Notes: a model not told the origin generated them from the letters alone. A stretch of 64,000 nt of DNA from an uncultured Candidatus Saccharibacteria bacterium (GCA_963716565.1 OY970318.1:580284-644283); one strand, 5' to 3'; positions 7,753-16,068 are shown, numbered from the stretch's first letter. Program-made: numbers and translations.

Positions 7753-8556
7753 CTATCTTACCTTTTTGGTGAAAACCGGGCCTAAATTTACCGAATATCC
7801 CACTTCTTCAACCTTGCTAAGACCAAGTAGCTTGGCCATTTTGACTGTCGAAAGGCTATCGTTACTGGGTTGGCCAAAAATATTGATATCAAATGGCAGC
7901 TCTTCGTTCTTAACTATTGAGCCAGCACTTAGGCTGATTAATTCATGAAGTTTGGCTCTTTCGCTTTGAGGCAATAAACCCCCAGCGGCTACTTCCATCC
8001 AGGTGCTGGGCGGAGCAGAGCTTTCAAGTATTTCTATTACGTCTTTCATAGCCGAGAAGCCAGGGTGGGCCAACAGGCCACGATGAGAATCTAAAACCTT
8101 AGTCCAGGCGGGAATGATGCAAAAATCGGGTAACTCGGGGCCGTATATTGCATGGGCATCCAGCACCGTTACACCATCGGCTTCTTTTTTAAAATACCTC
8201 TGTTTGGCAAGCCAAACTTTGGGGGCAACAACAATAGACATTACCCCAACGGGGTTTTCGCCTTCGTAGACAGCAAAGCTCTGGCTTCGAACGTTTTCAG
8301 GGTCAAAGGCGATGCCTTCGGCCGTAGAAGCAATGCCAGGCCTTGATTCTAAAACTGCCCTGTAGTCTAGGCCAAGACCAGCGCCTTCTAGCTGAGATAT
8401 CACCTCACCATCGGTCACGGGCACAGCCATTCGGCCTTCTCCGAACCTAGTCATCAATACGGCATCTTCTATCCTGTTGGCTAGTTCTACGTCTCTAAAA
8501 ATAGCTTCGCCGTAATTTTCGGCACCAGAACCTGGATGTTTTTCTGGGGTTATCAT
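7753..8556 (-). CDS. hypothetical protein (267 aa)
   Basis: Long ORF with no competing frame and no motif I can name. Confidence 0.55.
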   Translation of the reverse strand: MITPEKHPGSGAENYGEAIFRDVELANRIEDAVLMTRFGEGRMAVPVTDGEVISQLEGAGLGLDYRAVLESRPGIASTAEGIAFDPENVRSQSFAVYEGENPVGVMSIVVAPKVWLAKQRYFKKEADGVTVLDAHAIYGPELPDFCIIPAWTKVLDSHRGLLAHPGFSAMKDVIEILESSAPPSTWMEVAAGGLLPQSERAKLHELISLSAGSIVKNEELPFDINIFGQPSNDSLSTVKMAKLLGLSKVEEVGYSVNLGPVFTKKVR

Positions 8557-8578
8557 GTCCGTAGTATAGCAAAAAGAG

Positions 8579-8597
8579 GTACCCGACAGGATTCGAA
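8579..8597. repeat. duplicated 3' fragment of tRNA-Arg
   Basis: acccgacaggattcgaa (8581-8597) is identical to 8691-8707 inside the intact tRNA-Arg 110 bp away. The copy cannot fold into a cloverleaf. Confidence 0.7.
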
Positions 8598-8653
8598 AAC
8601 TGCTGGCGCACTGCGCCAGATCGTAGGCTCTAATCTATTGATATAAACCAAGT

Positions 8654-8680
8654 AAAAAGCCGGTCCAAAGACCGGCCCTT
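8654..8680 (-). terminator. rho-independent terminator after tRNA-Arg
   Basis: GCCGGTC (8659-8665)/GACCGGC (8670-8676) stem, followed on the minus strand by TTTTT. Confidence 0.75.
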
Positions 8681-8684
8681 TACT

Positions 8685-8760
8685 TGGTACACCCGACAGG
8701 ATTCGAACCTACGACCTTCGGCTCCGCAAGCCGACGCTCTATCCAGCTGAGCTACGGGTG
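8685..8760 (-). tRNA. tRNA-Arg (anticodon GCG), CCA encoded
   Basis: GCACCCG acceptor, D-arm GCTCAGCTGGATAGAGC, anticodon loop TTGCGGA, T-loop GGTTCGAATCC. Confidence 0.8.
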
Positions 8761-8813
8761 CTCGTCAGCGCCAATACTATAACAGATTAGCGCCGTTTTT
8801 TCTACTTCTAGAA

Positions 8814-9812
8814 CTATTTCTTTAGCTGACCAGAAACCACCCTATAACCAAGCGCGTGGCACCGTTTTTTACGCCAAGCCTGCATTTGCTCCTCGGCTTT
8901 GGCCATTTTTTGCGCCTCGGCTCTTGTTCTTGCTCGAGCATCCCAGACTTCCGGGTGATTGTGGCTTGTTAAAATATCCGCCACCGCTTCTACGGGCCTA
9001 GTCATAAAGTAAAACGAGCTGTGTTTAGATTCGCGATCAATGAATTCCTGATCATGTACAGTCTCGTCTTTGCCAAGTTGCAACCGCTCTACAGGGAAGG
9101 CAGTGTCTGAATGGCTCGAAATAAGGCTACAAAATACACCACGTTCTCTTAAATCGCTTAAAACTCGCCGGGTATCGCTGTCGGCTATATCGCCGATAGT
9201 CTTAAAAATAGTTTTTCTGTTTTTCCAAAGATCTGGAGTAAGTCCCTTCATATAGGCCATCGATTGCTTGAGGTCGCCAATAGTATAGTGGGGGTGAAAG
9301 GAATCAAGAATAAATCGTCCAGAGACTCTAGCGGTGCTGTCTTCGCCCATCAAACCAGCGCTACCCACAAACACTACCGCGCCAATAGATTCAATAAGCT
9401 CTGGCGCTTCTTTTATAAGTTTTAAGATTGCCTTCGAGCCATAATTGCCACCTTCGGATTGCAGTACAAAAGAGACCTTCTGGCCAGGATTTTTGCTTAT
9501 TGCATCCTTGGTAACCTCTAAAAATTTTTCAATTTTTTGAGGCTCTCTGTCGCCAATGGTAGTTTCGGCAGTAATAACTTTTTCGCCACACAGGTCGGCC
9601 AAATAGCTAACGGCAGGGGTCTGAAAGTCTAAATCAGCTCCAAAGCCGGTGGCCATCATAACAATCCCACCATCTTCTAACTTTTGTCCCTGGGCGGGCT
9701 CGTAGCTTCTACAAATTACGCTTTTGCCATCCGGCAACGGCAACTCATACTGCTCCGCAACTGCTTTAGAATAAGTACTTGAAATATTTGGGCTATCTTT
9801 TTGTTTTTCCAT
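8814..9812 (-). CDS. hypothetical protein, possibly alpha/beta-hydrolase fold
   Basis: Alternating beta-alpha pattern, a nucleophile-elbow-like VLQSEGG and a late SSHSD. ATG 9812 is preferred over TTG 9821. The fold call is weak. Confidence 0.5.
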   Translation of the reverse strand: MEKQKDSPNISSTYSKAVAEQYELPLPDGKSVICRSYEPAQGQKLEDGGIVMMATGFGADLDFQTPAVSYLADLCGEKVITAETTIGDREPQKIEKFLEVTKDAISKNPGQKVSFVLQSEGGNYGSKAILKLIKEAPELIESIGAVVFVGSAGLMGEDSTARVSGRFILDSFHPHYTIGDLKQSMAYMKGLTPDLWKNRKTIFKTIGDIADSDTRRVLSDLRERGVFCSLISSHSDTAFPVERLQLGKDETVHDQEFIDRESKHSSFYFMTRPVEAVADILTSHNHPEVWDARARTRAEAQKMAKAEEQMQAWRKKRCHALGYRVVSGQLKK

Positions 9813-9865
9813 ATTTAGCAATTACAATAGCACAGTTTTGACGTTTTGTCTAGTAGCTGCTTATG

Positions 9866-10570
9866 CTAAAAATGGATCTTGGAGGCTAATTTGTCAGTTA
9901 AATCACGTTTTTGGTGCTCAAACGGCAAGTATTTACCAAGTATTTCTATAATTTTATCGGCGTCTTTGGGCTCAAAATACATGGTAATAGCTACCGCAAA
10001 ACGTTTGTGTGGCAATAACTGAATGCTTGGTAAGGCGCCTTCGGCTATAACCGCAAAGCTGCGAAATTCTTCAAAACTAAAATGTTTTTGGCCAACTTGA
10101 ATACCGTCTGGCCCAATGGCGTATTCTAAAACTTTGGGTTTTAGAGCCCCGAAGATTGCAAAAACTATGGCGATTAGCACGATTACCACTGCCGAAAATA
10201 TTTCTTTGGTAATAAAGTATATAGCCGCGGCCAAGGCTAGGGCTGCCAATACTACATAGATGTACCAAATACTAGATTTTTCGTGATGCATGAATTCTGA
10301 AGCGTTCCAATTTATAGAATCACCACTCAAAGCTGGGGCTACATCGTTTGGCTGGCTAGCTGGCTGGTCTATCGCATTAGACTGGGTTAAGTTGCCAGAT
10401 TGGTATTGCCATTGCTGAGGCTCATCTTGAACTGGTTGTTCTGGTTGCTCGTCGAGCACTGGTGGCTGTTGAAGATTTTGCGACATAGGAACACTAGGAC
10501 CAGGCTGAGGCATCGCCCCAGGACTAGGAACATTCTGTGGCGTTTGGTTGTATTGAGTTTGCTCGTCCAT
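9866..10570 (-). CDS. membrane protein with Q/P-rich N-terminus and two TM helices
   Basis: Low-complexity N-terminus, two adjacent TM helices (IWYIYVVLAALALAAAIYFI, AVVIVLIAIVFAIFGAL) and a small C-terminal domain. ATG 10570 is preferred. Confidence 0.6.
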   Translation of the reverse strand: MDEQTQYNQTPQNVPSPGAMPQPGPSVPMSQNLQQPPVLDEQPEQPVQDEPQQWQYQSGNLTQSNAIDQPASQPNDVAPALSGDSINWNASEFMHHEKSSIWYIYVVLAALALAAAIYFITKEIFSAVVIVLIAIVFAIFGALKPKVLEYAIGPDGIQVGQKHFSFEEFRSFAVIAEGALPSIQLLPHKRFAVAITMYFEPKDADKIIEILGKYLPFEHQKRDLTDKLASKIHF

Positions 10571-10623
10571 CACCAATAATTGTAGCACTTATGCTTATTT
10601 ACCGATAAAGCCTTTATAAAGAC

Positions 10624-10652
10624 AAAAGCCCAGGGTTGCCCCGGGGCTTTTT
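10624..10652 (-). terminator. GC-rich bidirectional hairpin terminator
   Basis: The sequence aaaagcccagggttgccccggggcttttt has A-run and T-run flanks and lies 19 nt downstream of the 10671 stop. Confidence 0.75.
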
Positions 10653-10670
10653 ATCCTGATACGATGTCCG

Positions 10671-11189
10671 CTACGATGCGATGGCCTTGTATACCGGCCA
10701 CGGCATCTGCTTGATGCGGTCTTCCCGCCCATTCCAAGCTTCGCGAGTTTGAGTGCGCTCCTGAGTAGACTCAGGGGTAAAGCACTCTTCCTCGGGGAAC
10801 TTGGCAATCTCGTCAAGCGGGTAAAACACTTCTAGATCCGCGCCGAGTTCCTCGACCGCCTTGCGCATGTCGCGCCTGGCCCTCCACAGGTGGGGGAGCA
10901 GAGCGACTACGCAAACCTTCTTGAAGCCGTTCTGGACAGCATACTCCACCGCCGCTCGACAAACCCGAAGCGTTGGTGGAGGCTTCTTGCCTTCAACCTC
11001 TTTGATTCGCACAACCGGCACGTCTTCGTCGGGCTCTATATCCCGCTGAGTGAAAACGACGCCGTTTAGCAACCTCGCCAGGTTAGACCCCAGCTTGGCA
11101 AGCCATCTGTTAGGCTTGATCGACGCCGGGACTCCGAAGGCCAAGACGACAACAAGAAACTCTCTTGGTTGACCATTCAAAGGTACCAC
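10671..11189 (-). CDS. hypothetical protein, compositionally atypical (GC-rich); possibly DUF218/YdcF-like
   Basis: 172-aa ORF. Two hand-counted 60-nt lines (10681-10740, 10741-10800) are 58% and 57% G+C, versus 47% (16081-16140) and 40% (60601-60660). Confidence 0.55.
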   Translation of the reverse strand: MVPLNGQPREFLVVVLAFGVPASIKPNRWLAKLGSNLARLLNGVVFTQRDIEPDEDVPVVRIKEVEGKKPPPTLRVCRAAVEYAVQNGFKKVCVVALLPHLWRARRDMRKAVEELGADLEVFYPLDEIAKFPEEECFTPESTQERTQTREAWNGREDRIKQMPWPVYKAIAS

Positions 11190-11325
11190 CCCTTTCAGGG
11201 ACTTGTGATTGTCTCAGGACGCAGTTATTATATCATTTATAGTAGTTCTTGGCAATACCATAGCGCCAGCAATAACAGGACACTACCTACAGATATTATC
11301 TAAATTAATGGCTACCTATAGCAAG

Positions 11326-12603
11326 CTAACCGCTGCGCCTATTTTCTTCTCGTTCTGCTCGCCGTTCGGTAAGCGTCCTTAGTTTTAAAAGCATAGTTTC
11401 GTCAATATTTTGTCGGTCAAATTTTTTGTCTTCGCCATAATCTTTTTCTTGGTAATAGCAGCTATCTATATCTATACCATTGCGCCCAATGGTTGCAAGT
11501 CGGGCTACATAATGGTCAAAGATGCTCTGCTTGGCAAAGCTATAGACGTCAACTTCTGCACCAGAATCGTTTGCAGCTAGCTCAACCTCTGGGAATAGCT
11601 CAACCAGCTTGCCTGCGCGCTTTTGGCGCACCAACTCTACGTCCACCTTCCATTGCTCTTTATCTAGTTCTGCATCCTTGGTAAATTTGTTTTCGCGCTC
11701 AGCATGTAGCCCCCATGAGCTACCTAAAGACGTGGAAACGGGCACAAGCTCATCGACAACCTGTAATGCTCGCGCAATCTGTGCGCTAAGCTCATCCCTA
11801 GTTGTTGATACTCGGTGTTTTCGGGGGAGCACCGCTGTTATGTATTTATTATCAAGCACCCCTTTAATATTCACCTCTTTGGACCTTGGGTTAAAATCCT
11901 CAATCCTAGAAAGAGGTATATCCAGCACTACCAGTCCTTTAGCTCCGTAGCCGGCCGCCTCGTACGGATTATAAGAGGCTGATATATACGGCGTTATACC
12001 ACTGTCGCAACGACCACCACTATGTTTTATTTGTCCAAAAACAAGTTCCTGGCGCGTACTGTAGCCTTGTAATATGCCGTCTTCGATAATAGCTACGTCC
12101 TCATCTAGACGACGAACCTCTTCTTGTGATAGTTGTGGCCTAACTTTATCGACGTATGCTAGGAGGGCTGCATATGTTGGCCTCTCGGCAAGAGCGGCCA
12201 CTTCTTGTCTGACACTTTCCAATATTATTGGCTTTCCCGCTTCGTTCTCGGCCCTCATAGCATAGGGAACCTGTTCGAATATAGAGGCATCAAGATTATT
12301 CACGCCTCGGTATATACGAACGGTGTATTCTGCAGGCGTTTCTTTTTTATCCAAAATTATCGCCTCAGAAAATTCACCGCCATCCTCAATTTTTATTATT
12401 TTGAAGCCGACCCCTAGCTCTGCAAATGACTCAAGCAATTTCTCGGAAGAGGCACTCGTCGCTGCCGATAGCCGGATGGGTGGATATCCTTCGCCATCTT
12501 GGCTCCTGGCAGGTTCTTCGAGCGCTACGTCAGCCATCTTAATAACTACTGGCACTCTGGATGGCTCTTCGCTAACTTCTTCTGTTGTTAGTTGTTCAGG
12601 CAT
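11326..12603 (-). CDS. hypothetical 425-aa protein with a possible R-S-E ADP-ribosyltransferase-like core
   Basis: Ordered motifs VRIYRGV ... PYISASYNP ... SKEVNIKG. The C-terminal third is charged and helical. The fold call is speculative. Confidence 0.6.
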   Translation of the reverse strand: MPEQLTTEEVSEEPSRVPVVIKMADVALEEPARSQDGEGYPPIRLSAATSASSEKLLESFAELGVGFKIIKIEDGGEFSEAIILDKKETPAEYTVRIYRGVNNLDASIFEQVPYAMRAENEAGKPIILESVRQEVAALAERPTYAALLAYVDKVRPQLSQEEVRRLDEDVAIIEDGILQGYSTRQELVFGQIKHSGGRCDSGITPYISASYNPYEAAGYGAKGLVVLDIPLSRIEDFNPRSKEVNIKGVLDNKYITAVLPRKHRVSTTRDELSAQIARALQVVDELVPVSTSLGSSWGLHAERENKFTKDAELDKEQWKVDVELVRQKRAGKLVELFPEVELAANDSGAEVDVYSFAKQSIFDHYVARLATIGRNGIDIDSCYYQEKDYGEDKKFDRQNIDETMLLKLRTLTERRAEREENRRSG

Positions 12604-12739
12604 TTTTGTTTTTACTGATTACACGCCTACGATAACGCAAATGCGTTGACTTTTCAATATTGGGAACGTGCCAACACCAACCATGTACTCAATCAGCAGG
12701 AACTTATATGGCGAATACTGGGTTTTGGCTTTGGGCTAA

Positions 12740-12828
<89 letters not shown>

Positions 12829-12880
12829 TCTAAAAGATTATATCATCAGATGGCCCCGGTATTTCTTAAAAGCAAAAGGC

Positions 12881-12909
12881 TTTATCTAAAGTGCTCTCGC
12901 TGTTATAAT
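12881..12909 (+). promoter_or_regulatory. extended -10 promoter candidate upstream of tRNA-Ser(GCU)
   Basis: TGTTATAAT (12901-12909) with a weak -35 TTTATC (12881-12886) at a 17-nt spacing. Confidence 0.4.
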
Positions 12910-13080
12910 TGCCCCTGTTCCGTAGGCCAAGTTTTTTAAACCAAGAAGCTTAAGTCAGTTGTTCTAAACTAACTTTTCAAACCAAGACTTGTCTGTTTGA
13001 AAAGTTAAGAGGAAGAATTGCGAAAGGTGATAGTTTGTGAGCCTATCGAACAAACGAAAACCGATAGCAAATTCTGACGC

Positions 13081-13173
13081 GGAGGAGTACCCAAGTGGCT
13101 GAAGGGGACGGTTTGCTAAATCGTTAGGGGGGAGCAATCTCCCGCGAGAGTTCGAATCTCTCCTCCTCCGCCA
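13081..13173 (+). tRNA. tRNA-Ser (anticodon GCT), CCA encoded
   Basis: Acceptor GGAGGAG/CTCCTCC, anticodon loop TTGCTAA, long variable arm, T-loop GAGAGTTCGAATCTCTC. Confidence 0.85.
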
Positions 13174-13207
13174 AAATAAATAACCCCATTTTGGGGTTAT
13201 TTATTTT
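13174..13207 (+). terminator. rho-independent terminator after tRNA-Ser
   Basis: The sequence aaataaataacccc atttt ggggttatttatttt forms a 14-bp stem followed by a T-run. Confidence 0.8.
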
Positions 13208-13345
13208 GACTAAGATAAGATTTGAACTCTCGCGCAGCGGCGAAGCCGGTGATAGCGAGTGTTCGTACAGGTTTGAGCGTGCAGGAGTTTACTCCGAAAA
13301 GCGAAAACCGTGCCCCATCTATCCTCATATGTCTTACAAGGTAAA

Positions 13346-13374
13346 TTGACAATTAACCATTACTATGCTATAAA
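13346..13374 (+). promoter_or_regulatory. sigma70-like promoter
   Basis: TTGACA (13346-13351), 17-nt spacer, TATAAA (13369-13374), 30 nt upstream of ATG 13404. Confidence 0.5.
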
Positions 13375-13403
13375 TAACTTCATAAAATCAAGGAAAACAA
13401 AAA

Positions 13404-14084
13404 ATGACAGATTACGAAGAGCAGCCTGATTTAATTAAAGCCCTTGTAGACATTGGCTACCCTATTGAAGAGGCCAAGGAGATGCTATCTAAGCCTGATG
13501 TAGCTAAACGTATAGCTGCACTTGTTGGCGATGTCGCCACCGACGAAGTTGTTGATTTACCAGCACATTCGGCCGAACAAGAAAGTAGCGCCGAAGCCGA
13601 AATAAGGGCCATCTTAGACAGATCGCCGTCATCAATCCTTACCGGCCTAGATTCTACTGGCCACTACGAGTATGGCCAGAACGTAAGGTATGTTAGCAGA
13701 ACGGCTGAGAGCATCGTGTCTGCAACTCAAAACATGTTTCATCAATACCCTAAGCTAGATGAGTACGGTATAACGTTGGAACAGGCAAAAGCACACAACG
13801 AAAGAGTATATGCGCACGACAAGCCTGGTGGGCGCGAGACTCTTGTATTCTTTAGGCCAAAAGGTAATGATTCGGCCGTAACTGTTCTTTACGAGGCCAA
13901 AGGCTCCAGAGAGTGGACAGATCCAACTGGTAGGGCTGGGCAGGAATTATGCGTTGGCGTAAAAATGTCTCCAGAAGATGCTCGTAAGTTTGCTGGGCTA
14001 TTTAGTGTTAACCCATCAATAATCCGCGAAGTTGCTCAGCAAGTTACTATTGAAAGAGTTGGCGTTGAGGAAGAAACTGGATAA
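13404..14084 (+). CDS. hypothetical protein (226 aa)
   Basis: Clean ORF with its own promoter and an AGGAAA SD-like element; no motif recognised. Confidence 0.6.
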   Translation: MTDYEEQPDLIKALVDIGYPIEEAKEMLSKPDVAKRIAALVGDVATDEVVDLPAHSAEQESSAEAEIRAILDRSPSSILTGLDSTGHYEYGQNVRYVSRTAESIVSATQNMFHQYPKLDEYGITLEQAKAHNERVYAHDKPGGRETLVFFRPKGNDSAVTVLYEAKGSREWTDPTGRAGQELCVGVKMSPEDARKFAGLFSVNPSIIREVAQQVTIERVGVEEETG

Positions 14085-14271
14085 AGGGTGGTCCGCGAAC
14101 TAACGGCCAGCATATTCGCCCGCCATACGAAGTTTGGGATGCCGAAACGGATTCGCCACCGTCTATTCTGGTAATTAGCAATGATAAATCCTTAGGGTTG
14201 CCGCCGATTGATTATTTTTCGGTTGGGGGTATCAAAGACATTGCCCCTGCCCAAAGTTAAGTTAGAGCCTA

Positions 14272-14952
14272 TCATCTATTTTTTGGGGTATAGGCAAAAG
14301 TAGCACAATCAACCGAGTCAGCACAAGCCTTGAGCAAGGTTTTTGTACAGGCTTCGATAGTGGCGCCGGTGGTTATAACGTCGTCTACCAGCAAAATATG
14401 ATTGCTTTTAATGAGTCTAGTATTAACTGGCCAAAAAGCGTTTTGTAGTTGAGCCCTACGCGTAATACGTTTAGCGCCAAGCTGACGAAGTTTTGTCTGC
14501 CTCTTTAGCAGAGTTGATGTATGCCAGCCGCGCAGTTTGGCGAGTTCTTTGGCGATTAATTGGGCTTGATCAAAGCCACGCTCCCGCCGGCGTGACGGAG
14601 CAGTTGGAACGTACGTAACGAGCGGTGGCGCGGCGAAATACGGCAACGTATCATCTATCATCCCGGCCATTATTTTTGCCGCTTGACGTTTTTGCTCGAA
14701 TTTTAGAGCCTTAACTAGTTCGGCTGGCAAATCTTTGTAGGCTGTGCAGAACCAAGCATGTCCAGGACGCCATCTGTTAATGCATTTAGGGCAAGGCCTA
14801 TAATTGCGTGATAATTTACCGCAACCATAACAGATACTAGGCAGACGTTCGATTTGCTCGGCACATTCTGGGCAGAGAACTGAACCCTCAGCGCCACAAT
14901 TTAGGCAATCGTCAGGAGACAGCAAGCTCAAAATTCTTTCTATGGGGTTCAT
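14272..14952 (-). CDS. comF: ComF-family protein (phosphoribosyltransferase domain with N-terminal Cys4 zinc finger)
   Basis: CLNCG..CPEC and CYGCG..CPKC zinc knuckles, plus the PRTase motif ILLVDDVITTGATIEA. Confidence 0.85.
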   Translation of the reverse strand: MNPIERILSLLSPDDCLNCGAEGSVLCPECAEQIERLPSICYGCGKLSRNYRPCPKCINRWRPGHAWFCTAYKDLPAELVKALKFEQKRQAAKIMAGMIDDTLPYFAAPPLVTYVPTAPSRRRERGFDQAQLIAKELAKLRGWHTSTLLKRQTKLRQLGAKRITRRAQLQNAFWPVNTRLIKSNHILLVDDVITTGATIEACTKTLLKACADSVDCATFAYTPKNR

Positions 14953-15038
14953 CAGCTAAGACTAGCCAAGCAATTACAATTTTACAAGAATTATCAAACC
15001 TTTATTAAAAGCCGGCTCTTTTAGATATCCGCTACTTT

Positions 15039-15211
15039 TTGGCAGCAGAACACCTTCTGCAACCTTTTGTCCGCCAAAAGGTTGCGCCAAAACCGGCAGC
15101 GCTGCCACTAGCCTTGCGAGATTATTATGGTTTTAGCCGGCACTTGCAGAACTCCCCAGCTTCGCTGGGTTCGGCCAGCTCTATATTTAAGAGCGAGCTG
15201 GCAAACTGCCA
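15039..15211. other. GC-rich multi-hairpin non-coding segment (unclassified: sRNA, REP-like element or gene remnant)
   Basis: Hairpins: gcagaa/ttctgc (15045-15060); gcaacctttt/aaaaggttgc (15059-15085, 10 bp perfect); cccagc/gctggg (15155-15169); gccagctc/gagctggc (15174-15202). A possible closing stem is tggcag (15040-15045)/ctgcca (15206-15211). Confidence 0.4.
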
Positions 15212-15315
15212 GTGCATTATTCGTCTAAAACCCTAAAATCTCTTAGGTAGCGCCAGATGCTGGAATAAACCAAGGGATTCCAGGTTAAGAACCTGGAAAA
15301 TGCTATTTATTAAAT

Positions 15316-15357
15316 GTCTTATATCTATCATCTAGCATCTATTGTCTAATGTCTACT
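15316..15357. repeat. TCTA-type heptad array, 6 units (GTCTTAT ATCTATC ATCTAGC ATCTATT GTCTAAT GTCTACT)
   Basis: Strict 7-nt period, located in the comF/hsp20 divergent spacer. Confidence 0.8.
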
Positions 15358-15449
15358 AATTATTTATCCACCTTCTTTGTTCAATCGACTTTGTTGTCGG
15401 TACAATTTTTGGTGTTGTATAAATTATGTTGTCAATGTTACGTCTAAAC

Positions 15450-15479
15450 TTGCTTTAGGGGTTGAACGTCAGCTATAAT
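15450..15479 (+). promoter_or_regulatory. promoter candidate for hsp20
   Basis: TTGCTT (15450-15455), 18-nt spacer, TATAAT (15474-15479). Confidence 0.4.
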
Positions 15480-15538
15480 CTCATTTAAAGACAAAAACGC
15501 AACTTTCATTTAGTTTTAAGCGTGGAGGGTAACAACTT

Positions 15539-16000
15539 ATGGCAAGACGCACAGATAGTGATGATCTTCTTATGGAAGATGAATTGACTGCAGCTTTCTT
15601 GGGCGAAGAAGATTTAGCTTCACCACAAGCAATGCCACAGGCAATCGAAGAAGAATGGGACGCCGAGGAAGCAGTTCCCGGGCAATTAGCGGTCGATGTA
15701 TACGAAACCAAAGACAAGCTATTTGTTAAGGCACGAACAGCCGGCGTTAACAAGAATGATTTAGACGTTAGTATTTCTGACAACACCCTATCAGTAAAGG
15801 GTACTTTGTCGGCAGGCTACGAAGAAGATGTAGAAAATTACCACCTGCAAGAATGCTACTGGGGCGAGTTTTCGCGCAGTATTGTTTTGCCAGTGCCGGT
15901 AAAAGAAGATGAAATCGAAGCCGTTCTAAAAGATGGCGTTCTAACCATCAGCTTCGCTAAAGTTAAGCAAGACACAGTTAAGAAAATCCAAGTTTTGTAA
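15539..16000 (+). CDS. small heat-shock protein (Hsp20/alpha-crystallin)
   Basis: Alpha-crystallin-domain pattern AVDVYETKDKLFVKARTAGV ... FSRSIVLPVPV ... DGVLTISFAK. GGAGGG SD. Confidence 0.9.
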   Translation: MARRTDSDDLLMEDELTAAFLGEEDLASPQAMPQAIEEEWDAEEAVPGQLAVDVYETKDKLFVKARTAGVNKNDLDVSISDNTLSVKGTLSAGYEEDVENYHLQECYWGEFSRSIVLPVPVKEDEIEAVLKDGVLTISFAKVKQDTVKKIQVL

Positions 16001-16016
16001 TAATAAGCTTGGTAAT

Positions 16017-16050
16017 AAAAACACCTCCTGTAAAAAGGAGGTTGTTTTAT
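16017..16050. terminator. bidirectional rho-independent terminator shared by hsp20 and pilin P1
   Basis: The sequence aaaacacctcc tgtaaaa ggaggttgtttt has an A-run upstream and a T-run downstream. Confidence 0.8.
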
Positions 16051-16068
16051 TTTAGGGCCAAAAACAAA

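Noticed and set aside
8579-8660. Possible second tRNA next to tRNA-Arg
   Set aside because: Only the T-loop and acceptor 3' strand are present. The upstream sequence gives a 7-bp/3-nt-loop hairpin rather than D and anticodon arms. It is treated as a tRNA fragment.
10595-10816. 73-aa minus-strand ORF overlapping the 3' end of the GC-rich gene and its terminator
   Set aside because: It is an out-of-frame Arg/Ser/Pro-rich translation typical of GC-rich shadow frames, and it spans the terminator hairpin.
15039-15236. 65-aa ORF in the GC-rich spacer
   Set aside because: Its composition is dominated by Ala/Leu/Pro/Ser, it has no SD, and the DNA is saturated with hairpins. It is more likely non-coding.
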